Assembly (NCBI GenBank): GCA_022820545.1
Contig: JAJEFG010000097.1
Location: 11,061 to 75,060, forward strand
Source: Acidobacteriota bacterium
GTDB lineage: Bacteria; Acidobacteriota; Vicinamibacteria; Marinacidobacterales; Marinacidobacteraceae
DNA: 64,000 nucleotides
Direction of reading: 5' to 3'
Below are positions 26,436 through 36,795 of the stretch, one piece after another. Each line of letters starts with the position of its first letter. Positions within the stretch are counted from its first letter, which is position 1. Both the position numbers and the translations under genes were made by a program. Below the pieces are notes generated by a model. It had not been told where the DNA came from, made no database searches, and saw nothing but the letters and a program-made list of their open reading frames with translations.

Positions 26436-29000
26436 TCAGCGGCCCGGTCGCCTCGTTCCCGAAGCGTTCGCCCCGCCGATGGGCGAGCCCGGGGGCCGCT
26501 CCGGCCGGCTGGCGTGCGGGTCGAGGCTCTCGTCCCGGTCGGCAAAGCGGCGGATGTCGGCCACGGCGAGCGTGTCATGCGGCGTCGCGTCACCCATGTC
26601 GGCGAGGGTCCGCCCGAGCGCCATCAGCCGGTCCTCGATGATCGCCCGCACCCGCGCCGGGTTGTCCGGATTCATGGCCTCCCGCATCATGCCGTTGAGC
26701 ACGCTCCGTTCGGCGGCGTCCTGCACCATGCGGCGGTAGCTGTCGTCCGGCTCCGCGTTGCCCCAGGTCTTCTCGACCATGCGGTCCAGGACCTCACCGA
26801 GTCCGGGCTGGTCCGAATCCATGGCGTGGTTGTTCACGAGCCGCGCCATCCGCTCCGGGTGGAGCAGGAGCTCCACGGTGTAGTCGGCCGAGGTGTCCGC
26901 CGCGGCCAGCGGGTCGAAGACCAGCCCGGTGTGGCCGTCGAACGTCTCCCCGCCACCTTCCCTGTAGGCTGGAGGGGGAATCATCTCCACGATCCGTTCC
27001 GGAAGCGCCAGGAAGTCCGTCTCCAGCGTGCGGAGGACGGTCTCCAGCGCCTCCCGCTGGCGTTCGCCGGGGATGGGCGCCACGGGCCGCTGCCCGTCGC
27101 CCCGGACCGCGTAGTAGTACTCCTGGCCGCCGACGGTGTTCAGCGCCGCCTTCATCTGGAAGCGGTGGTGCAGGTAGAGCGGCACCAGCACCGGCTCGAG
27201 CAGCGACATGGCCTCGCCCGGCCGGATGATGTTCTCCCCGAAGGCGTCGAGTCCGGCCTGGCGGATCTCGATCTCGCGCCCCAGGTGCCGGACGAGGTCC
27301 TGGCCGTTGTCCCACACCGAGGCCAGCGGATGCGCGCCGGCCCCGATGTAGTTGTCGGTGTGGGCCATGAACCGGGTCTCGGACATCAGCCCTTCCTGCA
27401 TGATGGCGTCGAGCCGCGCCGCGGTCTCCTCCGGCGGGAAGTGGCCGTAGGCCCAGCGCACGGAGAGGATGTCGTAGGAGCCGACCCCGACCCCGTAGGC
27501 GTCATCCAGCTTCACCACTCCGTCCTCGAGGACCGCGAGCGGCGCCGGGTAGTCCATGACGCTCGCCCGGCCGCCATAGGTGGACGCCATGTAGTTGTGC
27601 GGGAACCCCAGCGTGTGTCCCACCTCGTGGGCCGAGAGCTGCGCCACCCGGGCGAGCGCCATGTCCAGCGGAGTAGCGCCCTCGCCCACCTGCGCGAGGT
27701 AGGAGAAGCCCGGCGCCGCCGAGAGTCCGCAGGAGTGGGGGCCGTCAGGGTCCGGCGGCAGCCCGATGGGGAGCGCCCCGGATGCCCCGCCATAAGGAGC
27801 CACCATGCCCACCCCGAGCATGTGGTCCTGCCGGAGGCGCAGGCTGCCCAGGTTCACGTTCCCCTTGATGATCTCGCCGGTGCGGGGGTCCTGCACCCCG
27901 CCGCCGTAGGACCAGCCGCGGGTGCGGCGATGGGTCCAGTGGATCATGTTGTAGCGAATGTCCTGGGCGTCGGCGCCCTCCGGGAGCACCTCCACCCGAT
28001 AGGCATCGATGAACCCGGCCGCCTCGAAGGCCTCGGCCCACCAGCGGGCGCCCTCGAGGAGCGCGGTCCGGACCGGCTCGGGGACGCCGCGGTCGAGGTA
28101 GTAGACGATCGGTTCCACGACCTCCGAACGTTCCGCGGAGGGGTCCGTCTTCTGGAGGCGGTGCCGGGCCGCGAGCCGCACCGTCATCGGCTGGTCGATC
28201 GGGGTGGCGTAGTCCATGTAGGTCGGACCGTTCACGCCGATCCGCGGGTCCGCGACCCGGATCTCGAAACCGGGCCCCGGCAGGCGCACGAGCGAGTGGT
28301 GGTGCCGGAGGGTCACCGCGTCTCCGCTGGCCGCGACGCCGGAGACGAGCCCGCCCGGGTTGTCGCTCGTGAAGGTCAGCATGGTCTCGACTTCGGTGTT
28401 GTCGGGGAAGCCCTTGGTGTTCTCCAGGTAGAAGACGCTGCGGTCACGGTCGAGCCGGAAGGTCCCCTGCCCGGCCCGCGCGATCCGCGCCGCCGAGCCG
28501 TGGGCGTCGCGCAGGAAGAAGTCCGTCATGTCCACGAGGACGCGCCCGTCGGTCTCGGCCTCGACCTGGAACCCCCAGTGCACCGAGGGGGCGAACGCGT
28601 CGCGGACCGCCCGGATCTCGTCCGGATTGTCGCTGACCGCCCGATAGCGGTAGTTCGGCTCCATGAGCAGGATGCGCGGGCCGACACGGATCGGCATCAG
28701 CACCGCCCGCCGGCTGATCTGCCCGCGGTCGAGCCCGATCGGGTTGCTCCCGAGGCCGGAGGCCGCGGAGACCGAGTACATGAACTCTTCCTCCATTTCG
28801 GCGAACTCCGCGAACAGGTGTCCGGTGCGTTCGTCCCAGTAGAGGGGCACGAAGCCGGAGATCGCGGTCATCCCGGCGGTCTTTTCCTCGATGGTGGGAG
28901 GCGCGTCCTGCGCCAGGGCCGGCGCGCCGACGAGCGCGGCGGCCAACAGCAAGAGGCCCGGCCTGAGCAGGAGGCGGGACGGAAGCATCGTCGTGATCAT
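26436..29000 (-). CDS. secreted zinc-dependent metalloprotease (large DUF5117/DUF4953-type zincin)
   Basis: Signal MITTMLPSRLLLRPGLLLLAAALVGAPALAQ. Zinc site HEVGHTLGFPHN. About 850 aa. Confidence 0.8.
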   Translation of the reverse strand: MITTMLPSRLLLRPGLLLLAAALVGAPALAQDAPPTIEEKTAGMTAISGFVPLYWDERTGHLFAEFAEMEEEFMYSVSAASGLGSNPIGLDRGQISRRAVLMPIRVGPRILLMEPNYRYRAVSDNPDEIRAVRDAFAPSVHWGFQVEAETDGRVLVDMTDFFLRDAHGSAARIARAGQGTFRLDRDRSVFYLENTKGFPDNTEVETMLTFTSDNPGGLVSGVAASGDAVTLRHHHSLVRLPGPGFEIRVADPRIGVNGPTYMDYATPIDQPMTVRLAARHRLQKTDPSAERSEVVEPIVYYLDRGVPEPVRTALLEGARWWAEAFEAAGFIDAYRVEVLPEGADAQDIRYNMIHWTHRRTRGWSYGGGVQDPRTGEIIKGNVNLGSLRLRQDHMLGVGMVAPYGGASGALPIGLPPDPDGPHSCGLSAAPGFSYLAQVGEGATPLDMALARVAQLSAHEVGHTLGFPHNYMASTYGGRASVMDYPAPLAVLEDGVVKLDDAYGVGVGSYDILSVRWAYGHFPPEETAARLDAIMQEGLMSETRFMAHTDNYIGAGAHPLASVWDNGQDLVRHLGREIEIRQAGLDAFGENIIRPGEAMSLLEPVLVPLYLHHRFQMKAALNTVGGQEYYYAVRGDGQRPVAPIPGERQREALETVLRTLETDFLALPERIVEMIPPPAYREGGGETFDGHTGLVFDPLAAADTSADYTVELLLHPERMARLVNNHAMDSDQPGLGEVLDRMVEKTWGNAEPDDSYRRMVQDAAERSVLNGMMREAMNPDNPARVRAIIEDRLMALGRTLADMGDATPHDTLAVADIRRFADRDESLDPHASRPERPPGSPIGGANASGTRRPGR

Positions 29001-29138
29001 GGGGCTCAACCTTTGCGGAGAGAGATGGCGTGGCCCCGAATCATGCCGGAAACTCCCGGAGCGCGGCAATGAGGCGCGCGCCGGCGGACTTCCCGCGTCG
29101 CACTCCGGGTCGGAAACCCGGAGTGGACGGGCCGGAAC

Positions 29139-30068
29139 TCAGCGGGACCGGCGCAGGAAGTCGAGGAACTCGCTGTCGCTCCCGATGACCAGCGTCACGC
29201 CCTCGTCGAGCGCGGTGCGGTAGGTCTCGAGCGACTTCATGAAGCGGTAGAAGTCGGCGTCCCGCTGGTAGGCGCGGGCATAGATGGCCGAAGCCTCGGC
29301 ATCGGCCCGGCCGCGGATCTCCTCGGCCTGGCGGAATGCCTCCGACTCGATGGACTTCAGCTCACGCTCGCGCTGTCCCCGCACCTCGGCGGCGCGCCCC
29401 TGCCCTTCGGAGCGGCTCCGTTCCGCGATCCGCTGGCGTTCCGAGATCATCCGTTCGTACACCTTGGCCCGGACTTCCTCCACGTAGTTGACCCGCTTGA
29501 TGCGGACGTCCACGAGCTCGATCCCGAAGCTCGGAGTCACCTCCGACGCCTTCTCGAGGATGCTGCGGGTGATCGCGTTCCTGCCGAACTCGATCTCGCT
29601 CGGCACTTCCTCGGTCGCGAAGGAGACGAGGTCCTCGGTGATCTCGAAGTCGCGGTTCGTGATCCGCACGATCTCGATCAGGTCGTAGGTGGCCACCGCG
29701 TTTCGGGTCTCGCCGTCGATGATGTCGTCGAGGCGGCTCTGGGCGCCGCGCTCGTCGCGCACCGACTGGAAGAACAGGAGCGGGTCGGCGATGCGCCAGC
29801 GCGCGTAGGTGTCCACCCAGATGAACTTCTTGTCGCGGGTGGTGATCTGGTTGGCGTCCCCGTCCCAGGGCAGCCAGCGCTGGTCGAAGCGGGTCACCCG
29901 GTGGATGAACGGCAGCTTGAAATGCAGACCCGGTTCGGTCACCGCGCCGCCCACCGGCTCGCCGAACTGGGTGATGATGGCCTGTTCGGTCTCCCGGATG
30001 GTGTAGGTCGACGCAAAGAGGAGGACGATTCCGGCCAGCGTCCCCAGGACCGGTAGCGCGCGCTTCAT
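29139..30068 (-). CDS. hflC: protease modulator HflC (SPFH/band-7)
   Basis: N-terminal TM plus SPFH domain (...LHFKLPFIHRVTRFDQRW...). ATGA overlap with upstream hflK. Confidence 0.85.
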   Translation of the reverse strand: MKRALPVLGTLAGIVLLFASTYTIRETEQAIITQFGEPVGGAVTEPGLHFKLPFIHRVTRFDQRWLPWDGDANQITTRDKKFIWVDTYARWRIADPLLFFQSVRDERGAQSRLDDIIDGETRNAVATYDLIEIVRITNRDFEITEDLVSFATEEVPSEIEFGRNAITRSILEKASEVTPSFGIELVDVRIKRVNYVEEVRAKVYERMISERQRIAERSRSEGQGRAAEVRGQRERELKSIESEAFRQAEEIRGRADAEASAIYARAYQRDADFYRFMKSLETYRTALDEGVTLVIGSDSEFLDFLRRSR

Positions 30069-31141
30069 TTGGGGTCCTCCCTCTCGGGCTGCCCGCCCGG
30101 ACTCGGCGGTTGCCGCCGTTCGCCGTTCAGATTCAGGAGCGGCAGGATGTTGGCGCCGCTCTCGTCGAGGATGACCTTCTGGCCGAGCTTCGGCATGACT
30201 TCGGACAGGGTCTCGAGGTACATCCGGGCCCTCGTCACCCGGGGGGCGTTCCGGTACTCGGCGTACACGGCTTCGAAGCGCGCCGCCTCGCCGCGGGCGC
30301 GGTTCACCCGCTCCGCCGCGTAGCCCTCGGCCTCCTGGATGAGGCGCTCGGCGTCGCCGCGGGCGCGGGGGATCGCCTGGTTGTACTCGGCGAGCGCCTC
30401 GTTCGTGAGCCGCTCCTTCTCCTGGATGGCCTCGTTCACCTCGTTGAAGGACGGCTTGACCAGGTCCGGCGGGTTGACGTCCTGGAGGACGAGCTGCTGG
30501 ACGCTGATCCCGGTCTCGTAGCGGTCGTTCATGTCCTGGAGGAGGTCCTTGGCCTGCGCCGCGATCTGCTCACGGCCGACGGTGAGGACCTCGTCCACGC
30601 TGTGGTCGCCGACGACGTCCCGCATGGCGGCCTCGCTCATGTCCCGGAAGGTCGAGCGGATGTCGCGGACGTTGAAGAGATACGCCCGCGGGTCCTGCAC
30701 CTTGAACTGCACGATCCACTCGACCACCGCGACGTTCAGGTCGCCGGTGAGCATGAGCGACTCCTCGAGGAACTGGCGCTCGTCGTAGGTGGTCCGCACC
30801 CCGGCCTCGACGGTCCGGAAGCCGAATTCCTCCTTGAGCTGGCGTTCCACCGGCACCTTGATCACCGTCTCGAGGAAGGGCACGATGAAGTGGAGCCCCG
30901 GATCCGTCACGCGCGAGTACCGGCCGAACCGGGTCACGACCCCCGCCTCGTCGGGCTGGACCTGATAGACGGACATGAAGAAGAGGGCCACCGCCACGAC
31001 CCCGGCCGCGATCCGCAGGGCCGTCCGGCGGGCGTTCCCTCCGAAACGCCTCAGGAACCCCTCCAGATCCGGCATGGCGGGGCCTTCCCCGCCGAGTCCC
31101 GTCCAGGGTCCGTTGCCCCCGGGACCGTCGTAAAACGCCAT
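30065..31141 (-). CDS. hflK: protease modulator HflK (SPFH/band-7)
   Basis: MAFYDGPGG... TM, then SPFH domain. AGGAGG RBS before the ATG at 31141. The track ORF extends further to 31375. Confidence 0.85.
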   Translation of the reverse strand: MAFYDGPGGNGPWTGLGGEGPAMPDLEGFLRRFGGNARRTALRIAAGVVAVALFFMSVYQVQPDEAGVVTRFGRYSRVTDPGLHFIVPFLETVIKVPVERQLKEEFGFRTVEAGVRTTYDERQFLEESLMLTGDLNVAVVEWIVQFKVQDPRAYLFNVRDIRSTFRDMSEAAMRDVVGDHSVDEVLTVGREQIAAQAKDLLQDMNDRYETGISVQQLVLQDVNPPDLVKPSFNEVNEAIQEKERLTNEALAEYNQAIPRARGDAERLIQEAEGYAAERVNRARGEAARFEAVYAEYRNAPRVTRARMYLETLSEVMPKLGQKVILDESGANILPLLNLNGERRQPPSPGGQPEREDPK

Positions 31142-31205
31142 TCGCTCTCGCCTCCTGCTTTGACAGCCTGTGGCCAGGATCGTAGCGCGGGGCCCGGCGG
31201 CTACC

Positions 31206-31715
31206 ATGCGCCGCATGCGGAGCCAGGTGATCTCTCCAGGACTCTTGATCCTCCTCAGCGGCGCCTGCGGAGCCCCATCCGGTTCCGGCGGGTCCGGCAG
31301 CGCGCCTCCGGAGGAACGACACGCGGTGACGCCGGAGGAAGCCGCCGCCATCGAGGCGGACATCCGCGCGCTCATGGAAGAGCAGGCCGGCGCCTGGAAC
31401 GAGGGGGATCTCGTCCGGTTCGTCGCCGACTATCTCGACTCCCCCCGGATGCGGTTCGTCTCGGGCGGGAGCGTCCGCTACGGCTCGGAGGACGTGCTCG
31501 ACCGCTATCGCCGGACCTACCCGGACCGGGCGGCGATGGGAGCGCTGACCTTCACGGACCTCGATGTGCGGGTACTCACCGACGAGTACGTTTTCGTCTT
31601 CGGCCGCTACAACCTCGAGCGGGAAAACGACGCGCCCACCGGGCTCTTCACGCTCCTCTTCGAGCGGACCGCGGACGGCTGGAAGATCTCGCACGACCAC
31701 ACGTCGTCGGGCTGA
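31206..31715 (+). CDS. lipoprotein, SnoaL/NTF2-like (DUF4440-like) fold
   Basis: MRRMRSQVISPGLLILLSGACG lipobox. NTF2-like length and pattern (...DLVRFVADYLD... W at the C-terminus). Confidence 0.5.
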   Translation: MRRMRSQVISPGLLILLSGACGAPSGSGGSGSAPPEERHAVTPEEAAAIEADIRALMEEQAGAWNEGDLVRFVADYLDSPRMRFVSGGSVRYGSEDVLDRYRRTYPDRAAMGALTFTDLDVRVLTDEYVFVFGRYNLERENDAPTGLFTLLFERTADGWKISHDHTSSG

Positions 31716-31773
31716 GGGTTCGCGCCGCCGGCGACGCACCGGCGGCGCACCCGCAGTGATACAACCCGCCGGC

Positions 31774-33147
31774 ATGACGACGCGCCGCCTCTCCGTCACC
31801 CTTCTGATCGCTTCGCTGACGCTTCCGGCAGCGGCACTGGCCCAGACCGGCGAACCTCCCGGAAGGGATCCCCGGATGTACGGCCTCATCGAAGCCGTCT
31901 CCGCCGAGCGCATCGAGTCCGACATCCGCACCCTGGTGAGCTTCGGAACGCGGCACACCCTCTCCGAGACCGAGAGCGAGACCCGGGGGATCGGCGCTGC
32001 GCGGCGCTGGATCCACGCGGAATTCACGCAGATTTCGGATGCCTGCGGCGGCTGTCTCGAGGTGTCCTACCAGCGGAACGTGGTGCCGGGGCGGGAGGGA
32101 AGCCGCATCCCGGTGGACACCGAGGTCGTGAACGTCCTCGCCACCCTGCGGGGCGCCAGCGAGCCGAACCGCATCGTCATCATGTCGGGGGACATCGACA
32201 GCCGGGTGTCCGACGCGAACAACTTCACCGACGATTCGCCGGGGGCCAACGACAACGCGAGCGGCATGGCGGGCGCCATCGAGGCCGCCCGGGTGCTGAG
32301 CCGACACGCCGGCTCCTTCCCCGCCACGATCATCCTGGCCGGACTCTCCGGGGAGGAACAGGGGCTCTACGGCGGCCGGCACATGGCGAGCGTGGCCCGG
32401 GAGGAGGGCTGGGACATCGACGCCGTCCTGAACAACGACATGATCGGCAACATCGAAGGGGTGGACGGGGTCATCCGCAACGACGTCTTCCGGGTGTTCT
32501 CGGAACCGACCCCGGTGACGGAGACCGAGGAGGCGCGGCGGCGGCGGCGCGTCACCGGCGGCGAGGTGGACGGCGTGTCCCGGCAACTCGCGCGCTACGT
32601 GGCGCGGATGGCCGACCTCTACATCCCCAATCTCGAGGCCAGGATGATCTACCGTCTCGACCGCTTCGGGCGCGGCGGGCACCACCGCCCCTTCAACGAC
32701 GCGGGGTTCCCGGGCGTCCGCATCATGGAGACCCACGAGAACTACCGGCGCCAGCACCAGGACCTCCGCGTCGAGGACGGGATCGAGTACGGCGACGTGA
32801 TCGAGGGAGTGAACTTCGACTACGCGGCGAAGCTGACCGGGGTGAACGTGATCACCCTCGCCGGGCTCGCCTGGGCGCCCGCCCCGCCCACCGGGGTCGG
32901 GATCGCCGGCGCGGTGCGGGCGTCCGCCGTCCTGTCGTGGGATCCGGTGGCTTCCGACAGCCTCGCGGGCTACCGCGTCTACTGGCGGGACACCACCGCG
33001 CCCCAGTGGGAGCACTCGCGGTTCGTCGGGGACGCCACCGAGTACACGTTCGAGAACCTGGTGATCGACAACTACCTGTTCGGGGTGGCGTCGGTGGGGG
33101 CGGACGGGAACGAGAGCGTCGTGGTGTTTCCGACGGCCCGCCGGTAG
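31774..33147 (+). CDS. secreted M28 family Zn-aminopeptidase with C-terminal fibronectin type III-like domain
   Basis: Signal MTTRRLSVTLLIASLTLPAAALAQ. M28 metal ligands (IVIMSGDIDS... NDNASGMAGAIEAA... GEEQGLYG). C-terminus resembles FN3 (LSWDPVASDSLAGYRVYWRD). Confidence 0.8.
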   Translation: MTTRRLSVTLLIASLTLPAAALAQTGEPPGRDPRMYGLIEAVSAERIESDIRTLVSFGTRHTLSETESETRGIGAARRWIHAEFTQISDACGGCLEVSYQRNVVPGREGSRIPVDTEVVNVLATLRGASEPNRIVIMSGDIDSRVSDANNFTDDSPGANDNASGMAGAIEAARVLSRHAGSFPATIILAGLSGEEQGLYGGRHMASVAREEGWDIDAVLNNDMIGNIEGVDGVIRNDVFRVFSEPTPVTETEEARRRRRVTGGEVDGVSRQLARYVARMADLYIPNLEARMIYRLDRFGRGGHHRPFNDAGFPGVRIMETHENYRRQHQDLRVEDGIEYGDVIEGVNFDYAAKLTGVNVITLAGLAWAPAPPTGVGIAGAVRASAVLSWDPVASDSLAGYRVYWRDTTAPQWEHSRFVGDATEYTFENLVIDNYLFGVASVGADGNESVVVFPTARR

Positions 33148-36100
33148 TCGGGGGGGGCGTGCGTAGCCCGCAAGGGCGGAAGGAGTAGCGACGTGCGCGG
33201 CGCGGAGCCCCGCGGCGCCGGTCTGGGTGCCATTAGCTGTTTCGCAGCCCACACGGGCAGCGCAGCCCGCCGGAGGCCGGCCCACCGAGGGTTCGACGTC
33301 CGGCGGCGGCTCAGGGCGCGGAAGTACTCCTCGACCATGTCGCGGTAGCGCTCGGGGGCGCGGTCGTCGGAGCCGGTGAGGACATCGACTCCGGAGCCTC
33401 CGGTCAGGGCGCGGCGCAGCTCGAACTCGAGTTGCCGGAGGGTGTCGAGGACTTCGGCTTCGAGGATCTCCATGCCGCGCGGGTCTCCGGTCAGGCGCTC
33501 GGGGGTCAGATCGCGGAGGGCGTCCACCACCTCTCCCAATCGGTCGCTCCCGCGGTCTCCGCTGGCCCCGATGCCGGTCAGTTCCCGGCGCAGCGCCTCC
33601 GCATCCTGGACCCGCCGGTCGAGTTCGCGCCGTAGCTGACGGGCCTCCCGCCCCTCGGCGCCCCCACCGCCGCCTCCCTGCCCCTGAGACGACTCCTGTC
33701 CCTCAGAGGACTCCTGCCCCGCCGACCCCTGCGACGGTGAATCGGACTGCGATTCCGGCTGTTCCGCACGGTCGGCGAGACGGTTCCGCAGACCCTCGAG
33801 CCCCCGGACCAGACTCGCCGCCCGGTCGAGGACATCGTCGCGGCCGGCGCGGTCCGAACCTTCCACCACTTCCCGCGCCTCCGCGAGATCCTGCTCCAGC
33901 GCTTCGAGATCGTTCGCGATCATCGATTCGAACTGGTCGGCGTAGTCCGGCGACCGCTGCGCCGCGACCCCGCGGGAGTAGTGGATCTTCTCCTTCAGCT
34001 TCCGGTCGCGGATCCCGTCCGCGGCATCGCCGACCGCGTCAGCGGCCTCCGGTTCATCCCGGCTCCAGTCGCGGCTGACCTCGTCGAGCTGCTGCTCGAG
34101 CCGCTGGACCCGCTCGGCGAGGTCCTGCTTCTGCCCCGAAACCTGAGCGATCGCTTCCCGGGTCCGCTCCTCTTCGAGATCCTGGACGGCGGAACGGATC
34201 CGGTCCTGCGCGGCCCGGAGCCGCTTCGTCTCGTCGAGGGCGTTCTGGACGTCGCGCGCCAGGCGTTCCCGCCGCTGCCCATCCAGATCGCGCCGGGCGT
34301 TCCGCAGCTCGTTCGCAGCCGACAGGCCGCTTTCGAGTCCTTCGGAGCCGTTTGCCGACCGCATGTCCTGCGCCGCATCGCGGAGTCTCCGGGAAACCGC
34401 CGCGAGATCCGGGCGCGAGCGCTCGCGGGCCAGGCGTTCGAGCCGCCGGGCCACATCTTCGGTCTCGGCGGCGAGCTGGTTCTGGGCCGAGCCGGCGCCG
34501 CCCCCGGACTGGCGCACGCCGCGGCGAATCCGTTCGTTCTCCTGCTCCTGGCGGCGGGCAAGCTCCGCGAGACGCTGAAGGAGTTCGTCCACTTCGTTGT
34601 CCGCGGACGAGCGCTGCTGCTGCTCCACCGTCTCGTACTGGTTGCGGAGCTTGTCCATCTCGAGTTCGAACAGACTCGCCAGGTCCTCCGCCTGGGCGCG
34701 CGGGCCGCCACCGCCGCCGCCTCCGCCGCCCTGACCGAACGCGACCTGCACATCGCGGAAGACCGCGTCGGCGCGCTGCAGGTGGGTCAGCGCCTTCTGC
34801 TCGCGGGGGAGGGCGTCGTCCGGATTGCCGGCAATGAGCAGCTCCTCGGCGACCGTCATCTCCACGAGCCCCGCGTCGAGATGCTCCACGATCTCGGAGA
34901 ACTCCGCCGTCGCTCCGATGCCGCGGTTGCGGAGGCGCCGGTTCAGCGTCGCCACCTGCTCCCGGAGACGGCCCTGGGCGAGGCCGATGGTGGCGACGGT
35001 CTCGGTGACCGCGCTGGCCGGCATGCCGTCCCGATCGCGAAGGACCTTGAAGGTCGCGACGACGATCTGCTTCTGGCGCAGGCTGAGCGTGCCGTCGAGT
35101 CCGTCGCCGCCGCCGCCGGCGCCCGCACCCGGCATGGTGTCGCCCTGCCGGTACGTCCGGTCGAACGGCCGCACCGCGATGAAGAAGATGTCGGTCGCGG
35201 CCTCGGCCCCCGCCCCGTCCCGCGCCACCGCGTAGTAGGAAACGAGATCACCCGGCACGAGATCGTGTTCCTCGAGGAACAGCGTGTGCCCGGTCTGGAT
35301 CTCGTCGCGGGCCCCTCGGGAAGCGAGCACCTCCCGGGTCTCCTCACCACCGTTGACCGAGACCCGCAGCTCCACCCGCCGCAGCGCGTAGTCGTCCTCG
35401 GCAAGGACCTCGGTGAAGACCTCCTCCACCGGGTTGGCCTGCGTGTCCCTGCCGGGGCGCAGGAACCGCACGATGGGAGGCAGGTCCTCGAGCACCTCGA
35501 TCAGGTAGTCGCGGGAGGCCGTGCGCAGGTTCCCGTCCGGTCCGGCGAGCGCCACCCGGTAGGAGCCGCTCTCCGAGAGCCGGAGCGTGGCGGCCAGCAG
35601 CTCGGCGCCCGCGCCGGTGGGCGAGTCCTCCGGCGCCTCGGGCGCTTCGAGGGGGATCTCGATCGGTCCCGGTTCCAGGCGCACCACGCCGGCCGCCGCG
35701 GGCACCGTGGGGATCACCGTCAGTTCGACGACCGTGCCGGCCACGGCGGCGATATCTCCCCCGTCCTCGACCTCGCGGGGGCTCAGTCCGGTATGTTCCG
35801 GATAGCGGTAGCGAAGGCCGATCCGTCCCACGTAGGGGACGTCCTCGACCTCGATCCGGAATGTCGGCGAGAGCACCCCGTCCGCGTCCACGTAGTAGTC
35901 CGTCGCTTCCGGAATCCCGAGCAGCAGGTGCCGGAAGGCGCCGTCCTCCGGGTCGGGCAGCATGGGGACCGTTTCCCAGAGCCCGCTGCCCTCGACGCGG
36001 GTGCGGAGGTCCACCCGTTCCGCCGTGAACCCTTCCAGCCGGGCTGCGATCCACCGGTCCGAGTCGCGCGCCACGGCGGCGTCCCCCGGCTCCACCAGCA

Positions 36101-36725
36101 CCCGGTAGGGGTTCGCGTCGGTGATGTCGCCCCAGGGGGAAAGGAGGAGAGCGGCGCCGCGTAGCAGCGCCGGGGGGGCGAGGAGGGAAGCCACGATGGC
36201 CACGCCCGCGACGGTGGCGAGCGCCCCTCCGGCGCGGCGGAGCGCCGAACTCTCGATGAGCCGGCCCTCGTTCAGCGTCTCCAGGCGGCGGATGGCCTCC
36301 TCCACCACGAGGCGCGTGAGATCCGCGGAAATCCCGCTGCCGCGGGTGCCCTCCTGCTCATCCCGGTGGCCCAGCTCGACGCCGCTGCTGACCGATTCCC
36401 GCAGCGTGGGATCGTGTTCCTCGACGTAGCGCGCCACCTGCTCGTCGGTCACCCGGGAGCGGAGAGGCCGTACGACGAAACGCCAGACGACCGCGCCGAA
36501 GGTCAGCCACGCCGCGGCCTGCAGCCCGCGGACCACCCACGGCGCGTAGCGCAGCGCATCCATTGCCGCCGACGAGACCCCGACGACAAGCACGGCGGCC
36601 GCCGCGACCATCGTGAAGCCGAGGATGAGCCGCCGGGTGCGCCAGCGGTTCCGCACCCGGCGGATGACCCGGAGGAGGTCGTCGTAGGAAGACCGGGGCG
36701 ACGAGTACAACCCGAGTGTCGTCAT
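33072..36725 (-). CDS. large membrane-anchored coiled-coil protein (resembles DUF4175-type proteins of Bat/MoxR operons)
   Basis: N-terminal TMs (LILGFTMVAAAAVLVVGV; LQAAAWLTFGAVVWRFVV). A long central coiled-coil/charged region follows, including poly-Gly runs. 1218 aa from the ATG at 36725. Last gene of the minus-strand MoxR operon. Confidence 0.6.
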   Translation of the reverse strand: MTTLGLYSSPRSSYDDLLRVIRRVRNRWRTRRLILGFTMVAAAAVLVVGVSSAAMDALRYAPWVVRGLQAAAWLTFGAVVWRFVVRPLRSRVTDEQVARYVEEHDPTLRESVSSGVELGHRDEQEGTRGSGISADLTRLVVEEAIRRLETLNEGRLIESSALRRAGGALATVAGVAIVASLLAPPALLRGAALLLSPWGDITDANPYRVLVEPGDAAVARDSDRWIAARLEGFTAERVDLRTRVEGSGLWETVPMLPDPEDGAFRHLLLGIPEATDYYVDADGVLSPTFRIEVEDVPYVGRIGLRYRYPEHTGLSPREVEDGGDIAAVAGTVVELTVIPTVPAAAGVVRLEPGPIEIPLEAPEAPEDSPTGAGAELLAATLRLSESGSYRVALAGPDGNLRTASRDYLIEVLEDLPPIVRFLRPGRDTQANPVEEVFTEVLAEDDYALRRVELRVSVNGGEETREVLASRGARDEIQTGHTLFLEEHDLVPGDLVSYYAVARDGAGAEAATDIFFIAVRPFDRTYRQGDTMPGAGAGGGGDGLDGTLSLRQKQIVVATFKVLRDRDGMPASAVTETVATIGLAQGRLREQVATLNRRLRNRGIGATAEFSEIVEHLDAGLVEMTVAEELLIAGNPDDALPREQKALTHLQRADAVFRDVQVAFGQGGGGGGGGGPRAQAEDLASLFELEMDKLRNQYETVEQQQRSSADNEVDELLQRLAELARRQEQENERIRRGVRQSGGGAGSAQNQLAAETEDVARRLERLARERSRPDLAAVSRRLRDAAQDMRSANGSEGLESGLSAANELRNARRDLDGQRRERLARDVQNALDETKRLRAAQDRIRSAVQDLEEERTREAIAQVSGQKQDLAERVQRLEQQLDEVSRDWSRDEPEAADAVGDAADGIRDRKLKEKIHYSRGVAAQRSPDYADQFESMIANDLEALEQDLAEAREVVEGSDRAGRDDVLDRAASLVRGLEGLRNRLADRAEQPESQSDSPSQGSAGQESSEGQESSQGQGGGGGGAEGREARQLRRELDRRVQDAEALRRELTGIGASGDRGSDRLGEVVDALRDLTPERLTGDPRGMEILEAEVLDTLRQLEFELRRALTGGSGVDVLTGSDDRAPERYRDMVEEYFRALSRRRTSNPRWAGLRRAALPVWAAKQLMAPRPAPRGSAPRTSLLLPPLRATHAPPDYRRAVGNTTTLSFPSAPTDATPNR

Positions 36726-36795
36726 GGGCGCGGGGTTGTCGGAGTATAGGCACCTCCGCACCGGGCCGCCGCGCGGGGGGGCATTCCGCCGGGAA

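Noticed and set aside
36726-36761. Alternative GTG start at 36761 for the 1229-aa coiled-coil protein.
   Set aside because: Neither candidate has a clear SD. The ATG at 36725 was preferred, but the 12-codon extension cannot be excluded.
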